The position numbers and the translations under genes were made by a program. Source: an uncultured Puniceicoccaceae bacterium (GTDB lineage Bacteria > Verrucomicrobiota > Verrucomicrobiia > Opitutales > Oceanipulchritudinaceae). From it: 64,000 nucleotides of DNA. Under the pieces are notes generated by a model. The model saw only the letters and a list, made by a program, of their open reading frames with translations, did no database searches and had not been told where the DNA came from. The stretch spans positions 128,001 through 192,000 of the forward strand of contig CAWVVV010000002.1 of NCBI GenBank assembly GCA_963933835.1. The letters are read 5' to 3'. Below are positions 48,305 through 60,636 of the stretch, piece after piece. Position 1 is the first letter of the stretch. Each line of letters begins with the position of its first letter.

Positions 48305-49117
48305 TTAAGGAAGGTTAATCTGCCCCATCCCTACACGCAGATCAGGGACGGTCAGACCATTTGTATACTCGATTGAAAGAAAATTACCGCTCGAGTACTT
48401 GATCAGGAGTGGTCCGTCTTTCTCGACCTGCTGAACGTTTCCTTCGTTGAGAATTCCACGAAACAGGCGCTCACGCGTGATAATATTCTCCACGATCAGG
48501 GTGACATCTCCTCCGACAGCTCGGAAGATCATCGTCGTCGGATCGTCTGGGATCCTGAGCGCAGCGGGCCCGGCGGATTCAGTCGTCGATGGGTCGTTTG
48601 ACTGTGTCGACTGGACGGTTGAGGAATCTCCACTGCCTAGGAGCCAAACGAGCAAAAAGACGAGCAGGACGACTAAAGCAGCTCCCGCGAGTCCTGCCGC
48701 GATTTTCAAATACAGGGTGTTGTCCGTCAGGATGGCTGTCGGACGCGCCGGCGGTTCTTGGCGAGTCGCCGGCGTATCGCCTTCTGGACGCGGGGCGGCG
48801 GGGGCTTCATCAGACGGCAGCTCCATCCGACCATAGACCGGGCGGTCTTCGCTAGCGGACGAACGCTCCCGATGGATCACAGCGCTTCCGCGAAACTGCG
48901 CATCGTAATCCGTCATGATCTTATCTGGATCCAGCTTCAGGAAGATTGCGTAGTTCCGGAGAAACCCTCGCCGGTATATTTCCGGCAATGCAATCTCCAT
49001 CGAGTTGTCCTCCATCGACGCGAGATACTCGCTCCGTATCTTGGTCGCGTCAGCGACCTCACCAATCGATATTCCTTTGCGCTTACGCGCTTCTTCTAGT
49101 TTCTCGCCAATCGTCAT
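48305..49117 (-). CDS. rodZ: RodZ-like HTH-TM cell-shape protein
   Basis: IGEKLEEARKRKGISI.EVA..TKIR..YL..ME, GFLRNYA.FL.LD, single TM helix, periplasmic domain. Confidence 0.8.
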   Translation of the reverse strand: MTIGEKLEEARKRKGISIGEVADATKIRSEYLASMEDNSMEIALPEIYRRGFLRNYAIFLKLDPDKIMTDYDAQFRGSAVIHRERSSASEDRPVYGRMELPSDEAPAAPRPEGDTPATRQEPPARPTAILTDNTLYLKIAAGLAGAALVVLLVFLLVWLLGSGDSSTVQSTQSNDPSTTESAGPAALRIPDDPTTMIFRAVGGDVTLIVENIITRERLFRGILNEGNVQQVEKDGPLLIKYSSGNFLSIEYTNGLTVPDLRVGMGQINLP

Positions 49118-49228
49118 GTAGGCCTCGCCTCTTCTGAATTGAGGGAAAGAGTGTTAGGCGTTGCTGGTGAAATCAAATAAAATAGCCACCTGAACAGCGT
49201 CTCTTTTGCGATCGGCTCTAAATGCCGT

Positions 49229-49759
49229 TCAGGAAGCAGATTTTGCCTTCGCCGCCGTGAATGCAGCGATCGCATCAGCCGCCTGTGAGCCAGGTGATAC
49301 CGAAGTATCGATCCAAGCAACCTTGCGATCGACAATAAGGAACGACTGCCGCTTGTGCAGCGGAAGCACCCCCAGCGTCGAGCCGACGCCAAATGCCTCA
49401 CCAAGAGCACCATCCACATCAGCTACGACGTCGAAAGGAAGTGCATACGCCTCCTTAAACCTAGCTTGCTTCTCTACATCGTCACGACTGACGCCCAAAA
49501 CGGTGAGGCCTACCGCAGACGTTTCGCTCACATTGTCGCGAAGGTTACAGGCTTGGATATCACACCCACGCGTGAAGGACTTTGGGTAAAAGTAGATCAA
49601 GACCGGACCCGCCGCGTAAATTTCTGCCAAATCGAGCATTTCGCCCGTCTGGATCGTTACACTGATGGCTGGAGCCTCAGCTCCGACCGCGAGGGGGTCT
49701 TTTCCGAATGCAAACATGGTAAGCGAGAATAAGGCGGTGAGAGCGACCAATGCTTTCAT
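49229..49759 (-). CDS. Peroxiredoxin (BCP/PrxQ type) with signal peptide
   Basis: YFYPKSFTRGCDIQAC.LRD, GVS.D, RQSFLI. Confidence 0.9.
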   Translation of the reverse strand: MKALVALTALFSLTMFAFGKDPLAVGAEAPAISVTIQTGEMLDLAEIYAAGPVLIYFYPKSFTRGCDIQACNLRDNVSETSAVGLTVLGVSRDDVEKQARFKEAYALPFDVVADVDGALGEAFGVGSTLGVLPLHKRQSFLIVDRKVAWIDTSVSPGSQAADAIAAFTAAKAKSAS

Positions 49760-49850
49760 GCCCTATCGAAGCGCCTTGAATCCCGCTGCGCAACACCTCG
49801 CAGTAGATTTCTACAAAACCCTGTGGTGCAGGCTGGCCGTGAAGAGCACG

Positions 49851-50222
49851 CTAGCGCGTTGCCCAGAGTGGATTTTCCCGAGCTGTATCAATCAGCTTCT
49901 GAGTCGTCCGGTCGAGTCGGTTCGCAAGGGTCTTGATGATCGTGACCGCCACTTCAGGTTCCTCGCGGACGAGCTCATCGAGTGAATCAAAATTGTAGTG
50001 ACTGATCTCTGAAGGATTCTTCGCCCGCACCTTACAAGTGCGTTCGCCCCCTAGGATATCACTCATCTCTCCAAACACGGTCCCAGGATACATCAGGACT
50101 GAGAGAAGGACGTCGTCTTTGAAGACCTCTAGGGTGCCTCTGCGCAGAACGAAGAAGCCAGAGCCATCTTCACCTTGCTCAACGATATTTTCCCCAGGAC
50201 TAACTTCGATCATTTCATGCAT
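49851..50222 (-). CDS. Stand-alone cyclic nucleotide-binding domain protein
   Basis: PGE.I..QGE.G..FFVL..G.LEV, PG.VFGEMS......RT. Confidence 0.85.
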   Translation of the reverse strand: MHEMIEVSPGENIVEQGEDGSGFFVLRRGTLEVFKDDVLLSVLMYPGTVFGEMSDILGGERTCKVRAKNPSEISHYNFDSLDELVREEPEVAVTIIKTLANRLDRTTQKLIDTARENPLWATR

Positions 50223-50363
50223 AACAACGGACAGGATTGAAGCACTGATTGCACACTAAGACGACCCCAGGAGCAAGGATACAACGGACAAAGGCAGCCC
50301 TCGTGGCCGATTTTAAAAAGTATTTATAAACCCTAGGGCGAATGTCTCGCTAGCATACGTATT

Positions 50364-51839
50364 TTAACGGATCTCCTGCAAAAACGCATACAAGCGCTCG
50401 GCCAACTTTGGTCCAATCCCTTCAACCGTTTGAAGGGCCTCTTGATCCGCGCGGCGCATCGCGGCCATGTTGCCAAACTTATCCAAGAGCGCCGCTCGGC
50501 GGACTTTGCCAAGGCCGTCGAAATCATCGAGCACAGTCTCCTTCAGGCGCGCACTGCGAAGTTCAGCATTAAAGGAATTAGCAAAGCGATGGGCCTCGTC
50601 GCGAACGCGCTGGAGAAGTAGCCGTGCTGGTTCATGCCCAGGGAGCAGTAGTGGTTCGCGCCTGTCTGAAAAAATGAGCGCCTCTTCCTTTTTCGCTAAA
50701 CCGATGAGCGGCGGTGGCTCGAGGCCTTGTGCCAGAAATGCTTTCAGCGCCGAGCTCACCTGCCCGCGCCCCCCATCGATGACAACGAGCTGTGGAAAAG
50801 CGCGGCCTTCGTCATGCAAGCGGCGGTAGCGGCGGCCAACGACCTCTTCCATCGCACGGAAGTCGTCGTTCCCCACGAAACTACGGATGCGGTAGCGGCG
50901 ATACTGCGCCTTGTCGGCAACGCCCTCTGTAAAGTGTACCATCGAGGCGACACAAAAGGTACCCGAGATGTGTGAGATGTCGAAGCACTCGATGTTACGT
51001 GGGCGTTCCTCTAAGCCGAGATGCTCAGCCAGCTTCTCAAGAACGGCGAGCGGATCGTTCGGCTTGAGCGGATCACGGACAAATTTGCGCGTGCGCTGGA
51101 TAGTGCCTTTGAGTGCAACGATGAGGTCGCGTAGCTGGGCGGCGCGCTCGTAGCGACGGTCCTCCGCAACCTCGAGCATTTCGGCTTCCAGATCCTTCAG
51201 CCATTCGCGCGATTTTCCTTCGAGAAAGACACAGCCTTCGCGCACCCGCTCAGCATAGGTCTTTGTATCCACAATATTACTATGTCCATAGATCTCGGCG
51301 CGGGCGTCGTCGTAGAGCACCCAGTTGCCATCATCGAGGCGCTTCGGCGTAGCATCGTGAAGAAGAATGCCATATTTCAGGCGCAGTTCAGCGAGTGTTT
51401 TTCGCAGCAGCCCGGAGTGGGCAAAAGGGCCGAAGTAGAGCGATTGGTCGTTTTGCTTAAAGCGCACGAGGCGGAAGCGTGGGATCGGATTCTCAATGTC
51501 TACGCGAACGAGCAGAAAGCGCTTATCGTCAACAAAGTCGGTGTTGTATTTCGGCTTCCACTCTTTGATCAGCTTACCTTCGAGGAGAAGCGCTTCGCTC
51601 TCGTTCTTCACCTCGATGATATCGAAGTCCGCGATGAGATCGAGCATCGCGGCCACCTTGGGCTGCTGCCACCGTTGGCGACGCGACGCCTGAAAATAGG
51701 TCGACACTCGGCGCTTCAGATTCTTCGCCTTACCCACATAGAGAATACCCCCGAAGCGGTCTTTCATCAAGTAGACCCCGGGCCCCTGCGACAGGAGCCG
51801 GACCTTTTCTTTCAACGCTGAGCGGTCGGGGTGAGGCAT
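50364..51839 (-). CDS. uvrC: Excinuclease ABC subunit C (short form)
   Basis: GIY-YIG (PGVYLM...YVGKAKNL), UVR motif (YERAA.LRD), IECFDISH, DGGRGQ, RDEAHRFA, HhH. Confidence 0.93.
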   Translation of the reverse strand: MPHPDRSALKEKVRLLSQGPGVYLMKDRFGGILYVGKAKNLKRRVSTYFQASRRQRWQQPKVAAMLDLIADFDIIEVKNESEALLLEGKLIKEWKPKYNTDFVDDKRFLLVRVDIENPIPRFRLVRFKQNDQSLYFGPFAHSGLLRKTLAELRLKYGILLHDATPKRLDDGNWVLYDDARAEIYGHSNIVDTKTYAERVREGCVFLEGKSREWLKDLEAEMLEVAEDRRYERAAQLRDLIVALKGTIQRTRKFVRDPLKPNDPLAVLEKLAEHLGLEERPRNIECFDISHISGTFCVASMVHFTEGVADKAQYRRYRIRSFVGNDDFRAMEEVVGRRYRRLHDEGRAFPQLVVIDGGRGQVSSALKAFLAQGLEPPPLIGLAKKEEALIFSDRREPLLLPGHEPARLLLQRVRDEAHRFANSFNAELRSARLKETVLDDFDGLGKVRRAALLDKFGNMAAMRRADQEALQTVEGIGPKLAERLYAFLQEIR

Positions 51840-51912
51840 AGGAATGTGATACACCACCTTGCATTCTCTCTTTGGGGGCGCAAGTTGATGGTCTCAAGTG
51901 CTTTAATTAACT

Positions 51913-53190
51913 ATGTCTCACTCTCGGACGACAGAACTAATCTGTCTTGGTGATGAACTCCTGATCGGACTTCGCGCCAACGACCACCTTACTTTTATCG
52001 GCAAACACCTTTCGGATGTGGGACTTCCGCTTACCCGGAGTCAGGAGATATCCGATAAGCGGGAAGAGATCGAAAACGCGGTCAAAGACGCCTGGAAACG
52101 CTCCGACCTCGTCATCATAACAGGCGGCCTCGGACCCACTGAGGATGATCGCACGCGCGAAAGTGTCGCGGAAGCCCTCGGCACCGGACTCGTCCACAAT
52201 CTGGCCACAGAGGAGAAGCTAAATGAATTTTTCCGGCAACGCGGCTACGCCATGTCTCAGACAAACCTGAAACAATGCCTCATCCTCGAGGGTGCAGAAG
52301 TCCTCGAGAACACGCGCGGCACCGCCCCCGGCCAGTGGTTTGAGCGCGATGGAAAGGTCCTCGTCCTGCTTCCGGGCCCACCCAAGGAACTGCGACCGCT
52401 TTTCGTTGAACAAATTCTTCCCCGCCTCGACACCCTCGGGTGGACAAAAGGCGATGACTACACCGTCCGCTTCCGCACCAGCGGGGTCGGCGAAAGTCTC
52501 CTCGCCGAGCGTCTCGAAGCATCCCTCAGCGATATCAGAGGCTCGCTCGACATCGCCTACTGTGCCCACGAAGGCTTCGTCGATGTGAGGCTCCACCCAA
52601 ACTCAGGGATCGTTGATCCAGATCTGCTCAAGCACGCCGAGGAACGCTGCAAGACCGAGCTCGGGGTCGACTATGTCGGCCGTGGTGAACCAGATCTAGC
52701 CTGCCTCATTCTTAAGCACCTGCGTTCACTCGATAGCTGTCTAGCGGTCGCCGAATCCTGCACCGGTGGTCTACTCTCCAGTCGCTTCACGGACATCGCG
52801 GGAGCTTCCAAGGTTTTTAAAGGCGGCGTTGTCTGCTACCGGAACGAGATTAAATCCAACTGGCTCGACGTCCCTGAATGCCTCCTCGAACAACACGGAG
52901 CGGTCAGCCCCGAAGTCGCCGTCGCGATGGCAAATGGCATCGCTGAGCGCATGGGCACCGACTACGCCCTCAGCATCACCGGCTTTGCCGGTCCGGAAGG
53001 TGGCAATGAACCCGTCGGCACCATCTACCTCGGCTATGTCAGCCCCGTCGGCATCTGGTCCCACAAACTCATCGCCCCCGGTTCACGCCCCAGGATCAAA
53101 GCCCGCGCCGTCAACGGAGCCCTCGATTTCATGCGCCGCAAACTACAAAAATACGCCACCCAGGACTTCTTGCGGTGTATGTGTGTTTGA
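51913..53190 (+). CDS. cinA: CinA / nicotinamide mononucleotide deamidase-related protein
   Basis: GDELL.G, TGGLGPTEDD.T, GTAPG, LPGPP.E, VAESCTGG, SITGFAGP. Confidence 0.93.
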   Translation: MSHSRTTELICLGDELLIGLRANDHLTFIGKHLSDVGLPLTRSQEISDKREEIENAVKDAWKRSDLVIITGGLGPTEDDRTRESVAEALGTGLVHNLATEEKLNEFFRQRGYAMSQTNLKQCLILEGAEVLENTRGTAPGQWFERDGKVLVLLPGPPKELRPLFVEQILPRLDTLGWTKGDDYTVRFRTSGVGESLLAERLEASLSDIRGSLDIAYCAHEGFVDVRLHPNSGIVDPDLLKHAEERCKTELGVDYVGRGEPDLACLILKHLRSLDSCLAVAESCTGGLLSSRFTDIAGASKVFKGGVVCYRNEIKSNWLDVPECLLEQHGAVSPEVAVAMANGIAERMGTDYALSITGFAGPEGGNEPVGTIYLGYVSPVGIWSHKLIAPGSRPRIKARAVNGALDFMRRKLQKYATQDFLRCMCV

Positions 53191-53244
53191 GCAGAGGCTA
53201 GATCAAAGGCGCGCATGCACCTCTGAACTGGCCATGCCCCCGCC

Positions 53245-53280
53245 TTGACAACCCATCATCATATCCGGATATATTGATTC
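53245..53280 (+). promoter_or_regulatory. metH promoter with an overlapping palindromic operator candidate
   Basis: TTGACA at 53245-53250; ATATCCGGATAT palindrome and ATCCG-N6-TTGAT at 53261-53278. Confidence 0.45.
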
Positions 53281-53281
53281 T

Positions 53282-54367
53282 ATGTCACAAGCTGTCACCA
53301 CTCCTGCCTTTCGAGCCGAGCGCGAAGAAGCCTTCAAAAAGGCCCTCGCTGAGCGCATCCTTCTGCTCGACGGCGGGATGGGGACTTCGATTCAGGGCTA
53401 TAAGCTCGAGGAAGAAGACTTTCGCGGAGAGCGCTTTGCGGACCACCCTTCTGACCTCAAAGGGAACAATGACCTCCTCGTCCTGACGAAGCCGGAGGTC
53501 ATCGCCGAGATCCACCGCTCTTTTATTGATGCAGGGTCTGACATCTTTGAGACGAACACTTTCAACAGCACCTCGATCAGCCAAGCCGACTACGGCCTCG
53601 AGACCATCGCCTACGAGCTCAATTACGAGGCCGCCAAGCTCGCGCGCAAGGTCGCAGATGACTACATGAAGGAACACCCTGAGCGGGAGATCTTTGTTGC
53701 GGGTGGACTCGGGCCGACCAACCGCACAGCCTCGATGTCACCCGACGTCAATCGCCCCGGCTACCGGGCAGTGACCTTTGACGACCTCCGCCTCGCCTAC
53801 CGCGAACAAGCCGCCGGGCTCCTCGATGGTGGCTGCGACACTCTCCTGATCGAAACCATCTTCGACACCCTCAACGCCAAGGCCGCTGCCTTTGCGGTTG
53901 AAGAGCTTTTCGAAGAACGTGGAGAACGCATTCCGATCCAACTTTCGGTTACGATCACGGATGCCGCTGGACGCACCCTTTCCGGGCAAACCATCTCGGC
54001 ATTCTGGGCTTCGATGGAACACATCAAACCGCTCTCCATCGGAATCAACTGCGCCCTGGGTGCAGATGACATGAAGCCCTACCTCGAAGAACTCTCGGCT
54101 CTAGCGGATTGCGCCGTCAGTTGCTACCCAAACGCCGGCCTACCGAATGCCTTTGGCGAATACGACGACTCGCCCGAAGCCATGGCCGAAGTCCTCGCGG
54201 ACTTCGCCAAAAGTGGTTGGCTCAATATCATCGGCGGCTGTTGCGGCACTGCACCCCCACACATCAATGCGATCGCCAATGCTGTTAAAGAGATCTCCCC
54301 GCGAGACATCACAGCGAAACCCATCGCTATTCGCCTCAGCGGCATCGAAGCTTACACCGTTGGCTAA
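53282..54367 (+). CDS. metH: Methionine synthase, homocysteine-binding module (split MetH, part 1)
   Basis: [50 protein letters not shown]. Confidence 0.95.
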   Translation: MSQAVTTPAFRAEREEAFKKALAERILLLDGGMGTSIQGYKLEEEDFRGERFADHPSDLKGNNDLLVLTKPEVIAEIHRSFIDAGSDIFETNTFNSTSISQADYGLETIAYELNYEAAKLARKVADDYMKEHPEREIFVAGGLGPTNRTASMSPDVNRPGYRAVTFDDLRLAYREQAAGLLDGGCDTLLIETIFDTLNAKAAAFAVEELFEERGERIPIQLSVTITDAAGRTLSGQTISAFWASMEHIKPLSIGINCALGADDMKPYLEELSALADCAVSCYPNAGLPNAFGEYDDSPEAMAEVLADFAKSGWLNIIGGCCGTAPPHINAIANAVKEISPRDITAKPIAIRLSGIEAYTVG

Positions 54368-54377
54368 GATTGAATCT

Positions 54378-54427
54378 TGAATGATGAGTGATGAATAGAA
54401 GCGCACTCATTCATAATTCATCATTCA
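54378..54427. repeat. Inverted arrays of TGAATGA-like heptamers
   Basis: TGAATGA-TGAGTGA-TGAAT ... ATTCA-TAATTCA-TCATTCA. Confidence 0.75.
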
Positions 54428-54446
54428 CCCATCAAAGAATTTAAAA

Positions 54447-57146
<2,700 letters not shown>

Positions 57147-57152
57147 ATAGGT

Positions 57153-58475
57153 CTACTTCGTGCAGGAGATATCTGCAATCGAAGCATAGCTATCTGGATA
57201 CCGCGTTGCTTGCATGACCCAGCCCACGGATTGCTCATCCCACTCGTTCACGAAAGACCAAACAATATCACCCTCCGGTGAGATTTCGAATACGCGACCC
57301 GCATCTGTCTCAGTGATCAGAATGTTACCGTTCTCTAGCTGCTGGTGCTTTCCACGGTACGGTGAGTAGAAATCATTTCTTTCATCAGATGCATAAACCA
57401 CGCGGTAGCTATTGTTATTTGGGTCCACCGATAGGATACGGCTTCCGTTACGGGGATTGTTGATTTCAACATCATCAGCCGTGCTCTCTTCGGCGCCCCT
57501 ACCAATAGCTGAGCCCGTCTGATTATCGAACACCGTAATGGTTCCATCCAACTGAAAATCAGGATCATGCTGGCCAACCATGGGGCCTGCGTACCGCCAC
57601 TTTATGGCCTTTGTTTCTCTATCTAAGACCCAAATTTGATTATAATGCCGGGAGGAAAGAAGGATGTCGCCTGCCTTAAACATTGGAAAAGCTGAGGCCA
57701 TCCGTGCACTCAAAATCTCGAGATCGTTCAGGTGCATCATATCACCTGTTAAAACAGAATTGGTCAGCGCTAAGCCCATCAAGTCGGCACTCATCAACGC
57801 ATCGACTAAATCAATTTCTTCGAGCGTTACTCCAGTCGCGGCGTCAAATCTGCCCAAGCGATCAAAATTGAAATCTGCACTATAAAGACGATCTTCATCG
57901 TATCTAGATCCATTGATCGGCGTCCAGATATCTCCATTATCATCAATGTCGATCGAATGATGATTGAGCTCACGATTTTGCCAGACGATGTCACCGCAAG
58001 CTGAAACACGGACAAGGCCTCGGCCATCTAAATTCGCTAAGAAATCACCATTCTCATACAAGTGGTCTCCGTGAATGAGGGCATCGAAGTTGTAGGCCAT
58101 TCCATCAGGGGCGATCTCGAAGAAGTCGATCGGCCACTCTTTCAGTAAAGTGCCATCCTTCGCATAAAGGCGGGCCCCCAATTTTTCCCCAAACAAGCCT
58201 GTCACAAAGGTCACCCCAAGTGACACCTGATCCGGATGAGGCACGGTCACACCTCCATAGCCGAAGCGATTTGGTCGGAGATGCTGGGATGGCGTATCAC
58301 CAAAATAAGCTTTAACATTCTGGTTGAGATCCTTTGCGACGCCGACCGCAAAACCGATCAGCGGCGAGGGCTGCCATTTGAAATATCCAAAAACGAGCCC
58401 CACCCCAAATATGAGCACAACTCCCGAAGCCATACTCCAAGCTTTAATGAAGTCGAACTTAGGAAGCTTGGGCAT
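57153..58475 (-). CDS. Arylsulfotransferase (ASST)-like beta-propeller protein
   Basis: N-terminal TM helix, HHSID, D.MHLND, ILLS.R, QHDPDF, FDN, Q.L.NGN.LITE...GRVFE. Confidence 0.8.
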   Translation of the reverse strand: MPKLPKFDFIKAWSMASGVVLIFGVGLVFGYFKWQPSPLIGFAVGVAKDLNQNVKAYFGDTPSQHLRPNRFGYGGVTVPHPDQVSLGVTFVTGLFGEKLGARLYAKDGTLLKEWPIDFFEIAPDGMAYNFDALIHGDHLYENGDFLANLDGRGLVRVSACGDIVWQNRELNHHSIDIDDNGDIWTPINGSRYDEDRLYSADFNFDRLGRFDAATGVTLEEIDLVDALMSADLMGLALTNSVLTGDMMHLNDLEILSARMASAFPMFKAGDILLSSRHYNQIWVLDRETKAIKWRYAGPMVGQHDPDFQLDGTITVFDNQTGSAIGRGAEESTADDVEINNPRNGSRILSVDPNNNSYRVVYASDERNDFYSPYRGKHQQLENGNILITETDAGRVFEISPEGDIVWSFVNEWDEQSVGWVMQATRYPDSYASIADISCTK

Positions 58476-58486
58476 GTTTGGCTACT

Positions 58487-59095
58487 TTAGCTATATGGTT
58501 TCTCCGCGCGCGGTTCTCCGAGGATTTCGCTCAGGACAATCGCTTTTCGGGCTGCGATAGGGCTCTTCAATGTAGCAAAGACTTCACTACGTAGATTCTT
58601 CGTCGCAGGCACAGAGGCATTCGGCTGCTTTGCTTCTTTGGGGTTTTGCTTGGTCCGCCGAAGGGCAGCCTCACGGACTTTTCGTGATTCTGCGAGGCGG
58701 GCCTGTTGCTCACGTAAGTGCTCCTGAAGCGTCTCCTGCGGACTTGGTTGATCGAACGAACTCGGAGCCGCCTGAACGACGGGCTCCGGTCGAAGCTGAG
58801 CCAGTTGAGGTGTCGGTTCGGGACGCTCGACCGGCCGAAACTGAGCCGGTTGAGGTGACTCTTCAGCCGAAACAGGGGCCGAAGCCCCTTCTCCTCGTTG
58901 GGCTTCAACGCGACGGCGGATCTCTTCGCGAATTTTGCGCATCCGCTCCTGGGCGGCGTCAGCAGCCTCCCCACGTTCGGGCGCATCCTCCCCTCCCTTC
59001 TTCTTTCCGGGGAGGAAATACTGCAGCACCCAGATCAGTGGGATCAGGTAGTAAAGGACTTGGTCCCAGCTGAAGTTGGCGATGAGTGGATGCAC
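58487..59095 (-). CDS. Hypothetical membrane-anchored protein of the nfeD-floA operon (YqfB-like)
   Basis: Short TM helix, charged/Pro-rich body, C-terminal RKAIVLSEILGEP.A. Confidence 0.7.
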   Translation of the reverse strand: MHPLIANFSWDQVLYYLIPLIWVLQYFLPGKKKGGEDAPERGEAADAAQERMRKIREEIRRRVEAQRGEGASAPVSAEESPQPAQFRPVERPEPTPQLAQLRPEPVVQAAPSSFDQPSPQETLQEHLREQQARLAESRKVREAALRRTKQNPKEAKQPNASVPATKNLRSEVFATLKSPIAARKAIVLSEILGEPRAEKPYS

Positions 59096-59130
59096 TGTAT
59101 TCGTCGTCTAATGGGCGGAAGACTTCGTCA

Positions 59131-60153
59131 CTACGAAGTCGGACCTTTAGTGCCCTCTGGGTCTGAAATTGAGCGGCGCATGTCAGTATCGCTTTCGATG
59201 TTTTTGAAGCGCATGTAATCCATCACACCGAGGGAACCGCTGCGGAAGGCTTCGGCCATGGCAAGCGGCACTTCGGCTTGGGCTTCGACCACCTTAGCCT
59301 GCATCTCTTCGACTTTCGCCTTCATTTCTTGTTCGAGCGCGACAGCAGCAGCACGGCGGATTTCGGCCTGTGCTTGAGCCATATTCTTATTCGCTTCGGC
59401 CTGCGCCTCTTGGAGTAGAGCTCCAACGTTTTCGCCGACATCAACGTCAGCGATATCGATCGATAAAATCTCAAATGCGGTTCCGGTATCGAGGCCACGA
59501 TTGAGCACGTTCTTCGAAATCGAATCTGGGTTTTCAAGCACCCATTTGTAGCTATCTGCCGAACCAATCGTCGTAACAATGCCTTCGCCTACGCGAGCAA
59601 CGATCGTTTCTTCCTGAGCACTGCCTACATAGAGCTCTAGATTAGAGCGAACCGTTACACGGGCCTTCACCTTCACTTGAATACCATCCTTAGCGACACC
59701 ATCGATCGTCATTCGGCCGCCTTGTTGAGGACTTGGGCAATTGATCACCTTAGGGTTAATCGAAGTGCGAACGGCTTCCATTACGCTCTTCTCTGTCCCC
59801 TTCGTCGCAAGGTCGATGGCACAGGCACGCTTCCAATCCAACGGGATACCGGCCGTATGGGCGTTGATCAAGGCTTGGACGGTTTGGATAATATCGCCGC
59901 CAGCCATGTAGTGCGTTTCGATCTGATCCGTCGTGATCGGCAGACCCGCTTTAGTCGTCATGATGCGCGCATCAACGATGAGGCTGTAAGGCAGCTTCCG
60001 AAGGTATCTCATCGTAATGAGATTTACGATACCAACAGGCGCACCCGAGGACCATGCTTTGATCCAGACTCCGAGAAAGGAGAGGACGAGGAAAAAAACG
60101 ACGACGACGACCAAGAGGCCAACCGCAATGAAGATGAGGTTTAAGGGATCCAT
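59131..60153 (-). CDS. floA: Flotillin-like protein FloA (YqfA/UPF0365)
   Basis: [63 protein letters not shown]. Confidence 0.93.
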   Translation of the reverse strand: MDPLNLIFIAVGLLVVVVVFFLVLSFLGVWIKAWSSGAPVGIVNLITMRYLRKLPYSLIVDARIMTTKAGLPITTDQIETHYMAGGDIIQTVQALINAHTAGIPLDWKRACAIDLATKGTEKSVMEAVRTSINPKVINCPSPQQGGRMTIDGVAKDGIQVKVKARVTVRSNLELYVGSAQEETIVARVGEGIVTTIGSADSYKWVLENPDSISKNVLNRGLDTGTAFEILSIDIADVDVGENVGALLQEAQAEANKNMAQAQAEIRRAAAVALEQEMKAKVEEMQAKVVEAQAEVPLAMAEAFRSGSLGVMDYMRFKNIESDTDMRRSISDPEGTKGPTS

Positions 60154-60168
60154 AGTTCTAGTACAAAA

Positions 60169-60636
60169 TTATTCCGCAGCGGACACTCGGATAAGTGCCG
60201 GATCTGCCTTTGTTACAATGATAGATGTGCCTTTCGACAGGAAGCCGTCAAGCGATGCTGCATGATAAACTGATTCTTCGATCAGGACTTTGCCCATTGG
60301 ATTCATCGGGGTGAGCACCTTGCCGGCCTTACCGACAAGCGAGGCAGTCTCTTCTTGCCCAGCCTGGGCCTCATTCACTTGCTTATGTTGAAACCAGCGT
60401 TTACCCCAGCCGCTACCGCAAAGGACTTTGATTTCCAGGTAGAGCATGAGCGCCGAGAGAAGGGCGCCGCCAGTGAAAACCGCCATGCCCATCCACGGGC
60501 CATAATCCTTAAAAGCAAGAATCGAAGCCGCTATGATGCAAAGGATGCCAACAAAGGCGAGAATTCCGCCGGGAAGGATGATCTCGACAAGAAAGAGTGC
60601 TAGGGCGATGGCGATAAGAAGGATGATTGTGCTCAT
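60169..60636 (-). CDS. Short NfeD family protein
   Basis: EIILPGG, three TM helices, OB fold LVGK.G.V.T...P.GKV. Confidence 0.85.
   Translation of the reverse strand: MSTIILLIAIALALFLVEIILPGGILAFVGILCIIAASILAFKDYGPWMGMAVFTGGALLSALMLYLEIKVLCGSGWGKRWFQHKQVNEAQAGQEETASLVGKAGKVLTPMNPMGKVLIEESVYHAASLDGFLSKGTSIIVTKADPALIRVSAAE

Noticed and set aside
53191..53281. SAM or cobalamin riboswitch before metH
   Set aside because: The interval is too short, the promoter abuts the ATG, and no consensus is present.
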